64,000 nucleotides of DNA from a virus (Duplodnaviria; Caudoviricetes), in IMG/VR virus record IMGVR_UViG_3300021431_000075, positions 256,001 to 320,000 of that record; one strand, 5' to 3'. Below the pieces are notes generated by a model. It made no database searches, had not been told where the DNA came from, and saw only the letters and a list, made by a program, of their open reading frames with translations. Below are positions 38,359 through 48,337 of the stretch, piece by piece. The translations under genes were made by a program, and so were the position numbers. Within the stretch, counting starts at the first letter, position 1, and the number at the start of each line of letters is the position of its first letter.

Positions 38359-40251
38359 CTAATCTTTTTCTTCCTCCGTATCTCCGGCGCTGCTGTCCAC
38401 CACCGGGATTCCCATCTTCTCCACCGCGCTGGCGTACTCCGCGAGCACCCTGCTGACGTCCTTCGCGTCCGCGAACCTGAACCTCAGCCCGAAAGCGCTC
38501 GCCTTGATGCCGCGGCAGCACCTGCTTATCTCCGGTCCGGGGACCCCGCTGAACTCGGACGCCTCGCCGAGGGACCTGAACTGCCGCTCCGTCCCGTTCG
38601 GCAGCGTGACGATGACCGGCTTCCTTCCGCGCGAGCCGAGCGCCCTGCCCTTGCCTCCGCGCGACAGCATTTCCGCGTTCCTCTCCATCGACTCCATGCT
38701 CTCCGCCCTCTTCCGCGCGCGCATCTCCGGGTCCTTCATCGCGCGGCGCACCTGCCTCATCCCCGGAACGTCCATCAGCGGGTTCCCGTGGCTTCCGCTC
38801 CGCATCGCGCGCTCGACAGCGGCGTCAGGGTTGTCAATCCACTCCCTGACGGTCCCCGAGTCGAGCTGCACAGGCCTTTTCCTGTACGGTCCGCGCCCAG
38901 GCTCCGACTCCTTGTACAGATTCGTGATGTCCGTGTCAACGCCTGCAAGCGCGCTCTGATGGGTCCTCTTGACAGTCCTTATCGCCTCTCCGACCGTGCC
39001 GTACGCGTCATATGTCGCAAGCGGAACCTCCATCGCGGACTTCGGAAGCACTGTCCCCGCTTCCGCGGAGCCGTTTTCCGCATGCAATGAAGCGTCAAAA
39101 ATGGATGCATCGATAACGGATGAGTCGATGACAGAGGTGTCAATAGCGGATGAGTCGGCCGCCTCCGGCGCGTCCTCGAACTCGAACTTCCTCCAGTGCC
39201 GGTTCCAGAACTCCCTGCGCCTCTCGTCCATCTCCGCGTACTCCCCGACGGAGCCTTTCTCGCGGTCCGCCCTGATGTTCGCGAGCTCCTCGGCGAGCTG
39301 GCGCTTCTCTTCCCTGAGGAAGTTCCTGCGCTCAAGCACCGCCTCCTTGGATATGCGCTTCTCGAGGGTCGCTATGCGCTTCTCAAGGGTCTGCATCGCG
39401 GGTCCCTCCGACAGCACCACGCTCTTGATTTCGGAGTGGCGGACCTTCTCCGCGAACTTCCTCAGGAAGCTGTCGAACATCTCCGGCTTGTCTATGGTCA
39501 GCGCGCATATCGACGCGAGCCTGCTGAGCATCGCCCTCTCGAGGTCGGCGGGCCTGGATATGACGTTCATGTCCTTCGGCACGAACAGCATCACCTCGTT
39601 GTCCGCGAGCTCCCGGATGTTCTCCCTCGTGAGCCTTGTCTTGACCGTGGAGTATATCTCGTCTATCAGCTCGTCCCTTATCCGCCTCTCCATCTCCGCG
39701 CGCATAGACTCCATCTCCGCCTCCCTGGCATGCATGCGGACGGCATCATATACCTCGGGCGAAATGTCGCACCGCCACTGCGCGCCGGTCGAGGGGTCCG
39801 TCGCGACCACGGAGAACGGCTCCCCGTCCGCGGAAGGCTCCCTGACCTCGGTCCTGAGACCGGACGGAACCGCAGTGCCGGTATTCCGCGCCTCCGCGCT
39901 GAGCGGACGGAACGAGCCTGCGGACGGCTCCAGTCCCGCGACCGGAAAGGTCCCTGCGGTCCGTTCGTCCCATGCGAGGTTGTCTGCGGAGCAGTCGGAC
40001 AGGTCCCCGTTCAGGTGAACGACCCCGGAGCACCTGTCCGGGTTCGGCATGAACGCCTCGGCTACGAGCCTGTCGAGCGCGAAGTCCGTTCCTCGGAACC
40101 TCGCGTACGTCCTTCCGTCCGGTCCGGTCATCGTCCGCGGAGCCATCAGCAGCTTTCCGCTCCTGTGCGCCCTCACCGTGTACCACGGCTCCAGATATGA
40201 TATGTCGCGGAAGTCGTCCGCGGCTGTGTTTCTTCTTGTTTCCATCAGCAT
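38359..40251 (-). CDS. Degenerate HNH domain + coiled coil + NUMOD1-like C-terminus
   Basis: LDRLVAEAFMPNP..VVHLNGDLSDCSADNLAW; KPVIV..FRSLGEAS..ISRCCRG..AFGLRFRF; GATAAATA at 40282-40289. Confidence 0.8.
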   Translation of the reverse strand: MLMETRRNTAADDFRDISYLEPWYTVRAHRSGKLLMAPRTMTGPDGRTYARFRGTDFALDRLVAEAFMPNPDRCSGVVHLNGDLSDCSADNLAWDERTAGTFPVAGLEPSAGSFRPLSAEARNTGTAVPSGLRTEVREPSADGEPFSVVATDPSTGAQWRCDISPEVYDAVRMHAREAEMESMRAEMERRIRDELIDEIYSTVKTRLTRENIRELADNEVMLFVPKDMNVISRPADLERAMLSRLASICALTIDKPEMFDSFLRKFAEKVRHSEIKSVVLSEGPAMQTLEKRIATLEKRISKEAVLERRNFLREEKRQLAEELANIRADREKGSVGEYAEMDERRREFWNRHWRKFEFEDAPEAADSSAIDTSVIDSSVIDASIFDASLHAENGSAEAGTVLPKSAMEVPLATYDAYGTVGEAIRTVKRTHQSALAGVDTDITNLYKESEPGRGPYRKRPVQLDSGTVREWIDNPDAAVERAMRSGSHGNPLMDVPGMRQVRRAMKDPEMRARKRAESMESMERNAEMLSRGGKGRALGSRGRKPVIVTLPNGTERQFRSLGEASEFSGVPGPEISRCCRGIKASAFGLRFRFADAKDVSRVLAEYASAVEKMGIPVVDSSAGDTEEEKD

Positions 40252-40341
40252 CAGGCCTGCGCTTTTTTTTGCGCGGCTCCTTATTTATCTTGGCGGTTTC
40301 CGCACGCCCTGATAAATATTGAAAGTTTCATTGCAGCAGGA

Positions 40342-40549
40342 TATGAACGGAAAGAAAAGGATGAGTCCGCGCAGGGTTGACGAGAGCGTCAGCAGGCTCG
40401 TGGCGGACAGGCTCGACGACATCATGCGTGTCGCCGGCGCCGAGAGGCTCGGTCACGCGATTGTCGCGTACGCGAACTACGACAACGGGGAGGCCGCGGA
40501 CAGGGACCTCCTCAGGCAGATAGCGGACATGGTCCGCAGGGCAGGATAA
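40342..40549 (+). CDS. Small late protein (VDES motif)
   Basis: GATAAATA at 40311-40318; MNGKKRMSPRRVDESVSRLVADRL. Confidence 0.55.
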
Positions 40550-40563
40550 AACAGGACACACTC

Positions 40564-41295
40564 ATGCAGGATATGGCAAGGAAAAGAAGAAATAGCGAGG
40601 ACATGTTCGCAGGACAGAGCCTCAGGAGCATAGCCGGTCTTCCGGATGCGGGAACCGTGGTCAAGGTGTGCGGACCCGGAGGGGTTCCGCTCGACGTGCT
40701 CGGCAACCCGATTCCGCAGCAGGACGAGAACAGCTATGATATAGAGACCGGCGACGACTACGACTTCAGCGTCAGGGGACTCGAGGACAAGTCCCTCGAC
40801 TACAGGACCGGAGCGAACCCGGAAGCGGACCCGGACAGCCCGTTCGTGAGAAGGCGCGGCGGAGCGGCGTCGGACATGGAGTTCGCGTACAGCGACGACG
40901 ACCTGCTTCCGGAGACGGACAGCGGCTACATCGAGAGCGGAGACGGGTACGAAGGCTCCGGTTATCCGGACGACCACGGTGACTACGGGGAATATGACGA
41001 CTACGGAGAATACGGCGAATATGACGAGTACGGAAGCGACACGTACGCCGGACTCGACGACGAGCAGATAGACGCGATATACGAGGCGCTCTCGGACCCT
41101 TCCGGGAGCAGGAACCCGGCAAGGGTGATTTCCGCTTTCGCGGACAGGAACGGGTACGCCGCTCTCGGTGACCTGTTCTACGACGGAGTGCTCGACGGGG
41201 AGATAGCGGTGGGACCCGAGCTGAGGAAGCACCTCAACTTCATCTACGCGCTAACCAAGACTAACGTGAAGCCGGCAAGCGACTACCTGATGTAG
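40564..41295 (+). CDS. Highly acidic protein with YGEYDD repeats
   Basis: D/E/Y-rich; YGEYDDYGEYGEYDEYG. Confidence 0.75.
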   Translation: MQDMARKRRNSEDMFAGQSLRSIAGLPDAGTVVKVCGPGGVPLDVLGNPIPQQDENSYDIETGDDYDFSVRGLEDKSLDYRTGANPEADPDSPFVRRRGGAASDMEFAYSDDDLLPETDSGYIESGDGYEGSGYPDDHGDYGEYDDYGEYGEYDEYGSDTYAGLDDEQIDAIYEALSDPSGSRNPARVISAFADRNGYAALGDLFYDGVLDGEIAVGPELRKHLNFIYALTKTNVKPASDYLM

Positions 41296-41399
41296 CCGCA
41301 GGAAGATAGCCGGATGAAAGCAGCCGGGGGAGCTGTCCTGTCACTGGAAGGTGACCGCGGACGCTCTCCCGGCTTCCGTGTCTCCACGGGTCCAAAAGG

Positions 41400-41651
41400 T
41401 AAAAAGATTCATGCATCTCCGAAGAATTAAACATAGTCAAAAAGTAGTCATACTACCATTGATATATTCACTACCTTGTTTAGCAAGGCTTCTTCGAAAC
41501 GATAATAATACTTCCTTCGCCTTTTCACGTTTAAGTTTCTTAGGCTCAAAAGCACTATTATCAAGTTGTTTTAAGAGTGATTCTTGTAACACGGTTACAA
41601 GCACTCTGTTCATTATGTTCTTTGCAGCGTTAAAGTCTGCTGAAACTCCCG
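41400..41651 (-). pseudogene. tnpB: tnpB 3'-end remnant (RuvC-III to C-terminus)
   Basis: AT-rich insert encoding ADFNAAKNI...GSMTTF, with a 1-nt shift before DYV-stop. Confidence 0.75.
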
Positions 41652-42212
41652 CTAAACGTGCGGAAGTATGAGGAACTCGATGGCCGCCCACAGCGCGACT
41701 GCAACCGCGAGTATGACGCGACCGTTCGAGAACAGCCTCTCGTACAGGTCCGGATGGATCCATGAAGGCTCCTTGTCAGAATCATGCCGCGAGACGCCCG
41801 CACGGATTGCCGCGGGCTGCCCGACGTCTCCGCTGTCGTGCGGAACGAAGGCTCCGTCCTCGTCGTCGGAACTGTCGTCTGCTCCGTCTGCGGATTCGGA
41901 AGCCTGCCCGGATTCTCCGGATGCCTCTGTGATGATTATGCCCGGAACGTCTGTTACGGTTCCGCAGCCGGAATCGCTTTCCATATCAACGCGCGTACTG
42001 TCCGGAAGTCCGGGGTTGTCTTGATTGTCTTTATCAGCGCATGTGACGCAAGTCTCCTGTTCTGCAACCGGTTTCCGTGACATTGCAGCAGCATCGGTTT
42101 CCGTGACGCCTGTCTCCTGTTCCGCGCTGTCCGGGATTCCGCGGTCCGAAGCCGGAACCATCGCCGCAGCCGGTATGAGCACGCGCCTATGTCTTCTTTG
42201 TTCGTTTGCCAT
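41652..42212 (-). CDS. Acidic disordered protein with a C-terminal TM anchor
   Basis: VILAVAVALWAAIEFLIL at C-terminus; promoter at 42378-42385. Confidence 0.65.
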   Translation of the reverse strand: MANEQRRHRRVLIPAAAMVPASDRGIPDSAEQETGVTETDAAAMSRKPVAEQETCVTCADKDNQDNPGLPDSTRVDMESDSGCGTVTDVPGIIITEASGESGQASESADGADDSSDDEDGAFVPHDSGDVGQPAAIRAGVSRHDSDKEPSWIHPDLYERLFSNGRVILAVAVALWAAIEFLILPHV

Positions 42213-45200
42213 CAGTCATGTCATGTTTCATTTCTGCGCACAATCTCTGCCGTCTGTTCGGGGATGCGTCCGCGCCGCCTTTGCAAAAGCAATGAATATG
42301 GCGTACAAGAACAATCAGTCCGAAACTGTCCGGCGGCGCGGGTCCCCTGATGAAACAGACACAGATTCATGCTGGTGCAAAGGTATGCATTTTCTGTGAG
42401 CCGTGCAAGAATAATGACGGAAAAACTCGCGATTTGTATATTTTTAACATTTCAGGCGGATACAGGAGTTATACGGTTTTGTGTTACGCATTTCTGTATA
42501 ATGTGTTTCCGGATGCGGTTCTCCAATGATTTGCATAATTATTCAGCCAAATGAATATGCGACTTTTTGTATATACGGTATAATTATGCATATATTCATG
42601 CATCTTGCATATACGGTTTCATTGCATAATTATGCATTCATATCTACGGAGATGAAGTCTGCCGGATGAAGAATCCTAACAAAAGCTAAAGCATTTTCAC
42701 TATTGTTAGGACTTTCCATGCGCGCCAGCCGGTTTATGCGCAAGCCGCCTGTTCAAGACAAATGCAGTATTTTGCCATGGGAAAGCAATCAGGGAATGCT
42801 CTGTACGAGTCCGTTGTGGATGATGTGGCAAATGCTGCCGGAAAGAAACCGTAAGAAAGCACGGATGAGTCAAGGAGCGTGTGCAGTGTCTTTCTGCAGC
42901 CGCTCCGCTTCTTGTATATGCGATATAGTGCTGTGCTGCCTTTTCATCACGAAAAGTTCGTGACGAAAAATTCGCGATGACGCTGTCTTGCGAGTCCGGA
43001 CCCGTGACACTCGTGAATGCTGAGCAAGAATCCATTCTTTATATGTAATGCGCCTTTTATGGAAGAATGACCGTCCGTGTACCGGACAGTGTGTGTGAGT
43101 GACCGTGCATTTCCGGACTTGTATATGCAGTATGCGGATTCAGAACGCAAGGTTTATGCCTTGTTTCACGGAAAGCAAGGTGTATTCCTTGTTTAATGAC
43201 GGCGCCGGAACGCTGTGTCGGAAACCGGCGGACCGAATGCAATGATATTTCACGATGAACCGGTTTTTGAACGAAGATATGAATGAACAGATGAACAAGC
43301 GGTTGAACAAGCGGAAACCGTATGGAATCGCGAAACGGCTACGTTCTGTGCAACGGACGCGCGGTCGGCTGCATCCGCGTCTTGGCGGCATAACGCCGGC
43401 TTGAGACCGCTGCTATGATAGGGAATGCGGATGAAACCGCGGGTGCGGAGCATGATGATGCGCGAATGCGGATAGATGGACGCTGCCGGGACCGGGAATA
43501 TCGGAAAGATTGGCGGAAGAAGCCGGCAATGCGGAGAATGTTAGGGATAAATCCGTGAGTAAGGAAGAATATGATATAGATTTATGGAGATTTGCGGATG
43601 AATTTATCGGGCGGATGCCGGTTTGTAGGGATTCCGGGGGAATGGTCCGGACGACTTTCCTGATTTTGACAGGCGGAATGCACGGAACCGGGGAAGAACG
43701 GATGATTTGCGGACAGGATAATGGAAAGAACTTGAATGACGGCTGGAAATATTAGGCGTATTGATGCGATTTCGGCATTGAGTGTGTCGAATGCGAGCGA
43801 CTGTAGGCAAGAGACCTTGACTTGCTCGGGTTCTGCAAGCCGAATGAAGCCGCGGATGCACGTCTTGAGACCGAAAATGATTCGGTTTCGGCTGCGGAAT
43901 GAACAGAATGTTCGCCGAAAGGTTGTAGGCTTGAGACCTTTTTAAGATTGTGCGGAAGCCGAGCTTGAGACCGAGGGAAGATTTGACTTAGGCAAATACG
44001 GAAATATTAAGCCGATATTGTATTGATTTTTGGAGAGCCTGAAGTTCAAGAAGTTAAGTTTTTCCTCAGATGAGATAAATAAAGGTTCAGAAGGTGTCTA
44101 TTTGGCTCTATATGGCATTTTCATACACAAAGTGTATGAACGGTAGTCTAAAATTCAAACGGCTCTTATATGCGATTTTTTAATCTTGTATATAATGACT
44201 GGTTTCTTTTGACTACATATGTGTGTTTCTTAAATCTTAACATCTTTCTTTGATTCTTCGGATTATTATCTTCATATGTTGGACTTACAGATGGTGGTTG
44301 TTCAAACAAGAACAAGTCTGAATTCATATCATCAATAAAGATAATAATAAACTATGGACATAAATAAGACTTCTGGAACCATTCACTATACCATTTAGTA
44401 TATAGAGTTATTTTTAATCCGTCGTTGTTCTTATGTATGTTAAGGTTTCTTCCTTTCGACTCGGTTCTTTGTTTATAGTTTGATTATGCTGTTTTAATTC
44501 AAAAAATACCTGCATGGGTTTCTTGCTCACAATTTGCAATGGATTCAACCAATCAGTTAATGTTGGTCTCTTGCACACAACTTGCACAGGTCTCTTGCTC
44601 ACAACTCACGCAGGTTTCTTGCTTGCGCAATAAGCATAATATTGATTTTAACTATATCCGGTTTATGAAAGAATGGTTCCATTGCATTTGCTTCAGTTCT
44701 CTTTGCATCAGTTCCTTTTCGCTTGGTTCTTTGCAATGATGTTCTTTTTCAACTTGGATTCTTACGCTTGGTTCTATTCTATTTGTATCTCACATTCTTT
44801 GTATCTAATATCCAGTTTCAATTGCGCTTGGTTTTGCACTTGCATATAAAGTACTGGTTCCTTGCCTGCAAGCAGTTCAACTAACCAATGACCGGTTTCA
44901 TGCCTGCGCATTCACTGCACCCTTTCAACTTCCAATTGCGAAGAAAAGAACCAAAAGCCGGTTGTGCTCTGAACATAATGAACATAACGCTTTGCTGTTT
45001 GACGACTGTTTGGTTCCTTTCCCTTTTCATTATAGTTCGCTTTGCGAGTTAGAGTCAGTTCTGCTCTCTTGTATTTTACTCATTTTCTTACAGCAATGAC
45101 TTTTGTCCAGTTATTGACCCGCTTAATATATCATCCCCCATCACATAATTTACTAAGCGGGTCGGAAATTGGACACTTTTCACACGGTTTCTTTTTGCTT

Positions 45201-45884
45201 GCATTGATTCGACTAACCAATGTCACTTTTAACAAAAAAGAAAGCATAACATAGTTTTTCGCAACCAGAACTAACAACACACCCTGCTGTACGATTGGTT
45301 CTCGAAGCGAAACAGTCTTGCGGACGGCAATATATGCGCTAATGCGATTCGACAGACAGGTGAATTCGTTTATAGCGCTTGCTTGGTTTGCACGGTTCCT
45401 TGCCATTGTGTCATGCAAGCAGTTTCATTATCAGATTATTGGTTCTCGGCATCCTTCTCACCTACCGATGCAATCGCTTGCAGAGACGGTCGTGTCGGTT
45501 GGTCTCGGTTCCGTTCTCTTGCGATTCGCAAGCGCGGTTCCGTGTTTCGTGTACCCTTCTTGTTGTTGCTTCATTTCCGGCAGGTGACTGCATTCAGCGG
45601 ATTCTTCCGCAGAACCGCTATGCGGGTCATCGTATCGTGATGTTTCAGGACTGCTGACTTAGAAACGAATGCACATCATCGGTTCCTGCTTGCAGGCATT
45701 GGAACGGATTGAGACGGGTGCGGTCGTTCGCGTCCATGGCAGACGGCTTCCCTATGCAGCATGATTAGTTCTCGATGCGGATTGGAGTGAATGGACTGTT
45801 TGTCTTGGACTTCTGTTCGTTATGTGTTCTGGATTCCTTTTTTTATTTTATGCAATAAATAAACAAAATGCATTTTTTGATTAA

Positions 45885-46472
45885 ATGAGAAAACAAAATA
45901 AGAGAGCTCTTTACGAGAGCATCATGAGAGATGTTGCTAAGGTTGTCAAGAGACGACTGAGCGAGGGTTTATATGACTTTGATTCAACAAATTCATACGA
46001 TGATGTTGATGACATTATTAATAGAAGAGATGAAGAAAGACGCAGAAATGAATTTGCTGAAAAATATGAAATTGTTGACAAAATGCCAATAGAAGGTTTT
46101 AGGAGAGTTGTGAATAAAAATACAGGCAAAGAAAATTATATAGACTCAAAAGGTCGTTTTATTTCAAGAAATTGGTATGATAGGTGTTATCCGTTCAATA
46201 AAGAAGGTTATGCAAAAGTTAGAACAACAAAAGTTAGAACAAATAATTTTGGAGAACGATACACATATAATCTTATGAATAAAGACGGACGTATTTTGTT
46301 TGGGTACTGGTGTGAAGAGTTGCATGATTTAAAGGACAGCGATTATGTATTAGTTAAGATAAACGGTTCTTATAATTTTATAGATCTGCATGAAAGATTT
46401 TTGTTTAATTCATGGTTTAAATCCAAAGCCGATGCTTTAGAAGCTTATTATAAACATTATGAAAAATTGTAA
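45885..46472 (+). CDS. LYESIMRD-leader protein with short WG-like repeats
   Basis: MRKQNKRALYESIMRDVAKVVKRRLSE; NYIDSKG, FNKEGYAKV. Confidence 0.85.
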   Translation: MRKQNKRALYESIMRDVAKVVKRRLSEGLYDFDSTNSYDDVDDIINRRDEERRRNEFAEKYEIVDKMPIEGFRRVVNKNTGKENYIDSKGRFISRNWYDRCYPFNKEGYAKVRTTKVRTNNFGERYTYNLMNKDGRILFGYWCEELHDLKDSDYVLVKINGSYNFIDLHERFLFNSWFKSKADALEAYYKHYEKL

Positions 46473-46511
46473 GATGGATAACAGAATTATTGGAATATAA
46501 TTAAAAGAAGC

Positions 46512-46546
46512 AAAAGTCGTTCTGCCAAAATCAGAGCGACTTTTTT
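46512..46546 (+). terminator. Rho-independent terminator (similar to that at 48147-48180)
   Basis: aaaagtcg...cgacttttt. Confidence 0.75.
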
Positions 46547-46641
46547 GTAAGAGTTATGTCAATTTCAATGAACAGTTATGTTTGTTCTGTTTCTTTTGGA
46601 CATTCTCAATAAATATCAATATAAACCATGCTGTTGGAAAA

Positions 46642-46896
46642 ATGTCTGCATATAAATTCTTGAATGAAAGCTTGCTGGATGATGTTGAAACTGATGATGT
46701 TGATGATGTTGATATAGAAGCAGAAGATAGTTTTGCGGGAGAAGAGCCTTTTGTTTGGGTTTTTAAATACGAACACACTGTTCCGTCATGCACGAGGGAT
46801 TATCTCAATAAGATACTGGCAAGCAGCGAGTGTGTTGGAAAGTTTGACGAACTTATGTTTAATGATGACTATATTGCAGGCATTGGAACGGATTGA
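46642..46896 (+). pseudogene. Truncated 5' copy of the WG-repeat gene at 50214
   Basis: Near-identical to 50214..50463, then switches sequence at an 18-bp microhomology. Confidence 0.9.
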
Positions 46897-47075
46897 GACG
46901 GGTGCGGTCGTTCGCGTCCGGAGCCGATGGCTTCCCTAATGCAGTCCCATGCAGCACGATTGGTTCATGATGCGGATTGGAGTGAATGGACTGTTTGTCT
47001 TGGACTTCTGTTCGTTATGTGTTCTGGATTCTTTTTTTTTGTGCAATAAATAAACAAAATGCATTTTTTGATTAA

Positions 47076-48110
47076 ATGAGAAAACAAAACAAGAGAGCTC
47101 TTTACGAGAGCATCATGAGAGATGTTGCTAAGGTTGTCAAGAGAAAGCTTAACGAAGAAGATGACCTTTATGATTCAGAAACCGGTAGTAAGAGATATCG
47201 TATATTCCAGAGACTAAGTGACGGCATGGCAATTATTACTAAATACCATAGATATAATTTTATAAACAGAGATGGATTTATCATATCACCTACTTGGTTT
47301 GATTGGGTTGGTAATGATTTTTATGAGGGTTTTGCAAGAGTCGAGAAAAATGACAAATGTAATTTTATAGATAAAAATGGCAATTTGCTTCTTGATGAAT
47401 GGATGTTTGATCGAGTTAGTGATTTTCATGAGGGTTTTGCAAGAGTCTGGAATGACGACAAATGTAATTTTATAGATAAAAATGGCAATTTGCTTCTTGA
47501 TGAATGGTTTGAAGGAGTTGGTAATTTTCATGAGGGTTTTGCACCAGTCTGGAACAAGGAAGACCGGAAAATGAATTTCATAGATAAAAACGGAGATCTT
47601 TTATGTCGTGAATGGTTTGATGAAGTTGATGATTTTCATGAGGGATTTGCAAGAGTCTTGAAAAATTACAAATGTAATTTTATAGATAGAAATGGCAATT
47701 TGCTTTTTGATAAATGGTTTGATCGAGTTGGTGATTTTCATGAAGGTTTTGCACCGGTCTGGAACAAGGAAAACTGGAAAATGAATTTCATAGATAGAAA
47801 CGGAGATCTTTTATGCAGTGAATGGTTTGATGAAGTTAGCAATTTCAAGGACGGTTACGCAATAGTCCGTTTGAGATATGAGGAGAATGTTATTAATACC
47901 GACGGGAAATATATGCTTCCTGAATGGTACGACTATTGTTATCCGAAGAGAAACGGCGAGATAATGGTTATGCGTCGTAGAGGAACTGGTTTCCAGATTG
48001 GTGAGTACGACTCGAGAGGCAGATTCAACGGCGAATGGCGCGATATTGATAAGAACAGTCGTGAATATAAGTTATTCATCGGAAGAAGAATAAACTTACA
48101 ATATAAATAG
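47076..48110 (+). CDS. LYESIMRD-leader WG-repeat protein
   Basis: Same leader as 45885; DFHEGFARV..NFIDKNGNLL..WFD repeats. Confidence 0.92.
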   Translation: MRKQNKRALYESIMRDVAKVVKRKLNEEDDLYDSETGSKRYRIFQRLSDGMAIITKYHRYNFINRDGFIISPTWFDWVGNDFYEGFARVEKNDKCNFIDKNGNLLLDEWMFDRVSDFHEGFARVWNDDKCNFIDKNGNLLLDEWFEGVGNFHEGFAPVWNKEDRKMNFIDKNGDLLCREWFDEVDDFHEGFARVLKNYKCNFIDRNGNLLFDKWFDRVGDFHEGFAPVWNKENWKMNFIDRNGDLLCSEWFDEVSNFKDGYAIVRLRYEENVINTDGKYMLPEWYDYCYPKRNGEIMVMRRRGTGFQIGEYDSRGRFNGEWRDIDKNSREYKLFIGRRINLQYK

Positions 48111-48337
48111 ATAAAATCTTCATATGTGATAGTAAAAACAATATTAAAAAGTCGTATGCATAACACATGCGACTTTTTTTGTGTTATGTTTGTCTGTGGC
48201 GTGTTCTGCAGAATATTTGTTTCCGTTATATTCGGATTTGTATATACCGGGTTATATATGCTATATTTGCAAGGTAATCTGCTGCTGTGTATCGCCGGGG
48301 TGTTGGATGATAAATACAAAAAACTATTCATTTTTGA

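Noticed and set aside
5462-40200. Long plus-strand ORFs such as 5462..6679, 25338..26669, 34200..35315, 38969..40018 and 39196..40200
   Set aside because: They are antisense shadows of well-supported GC-rich minus-strand genes and have no motifs.
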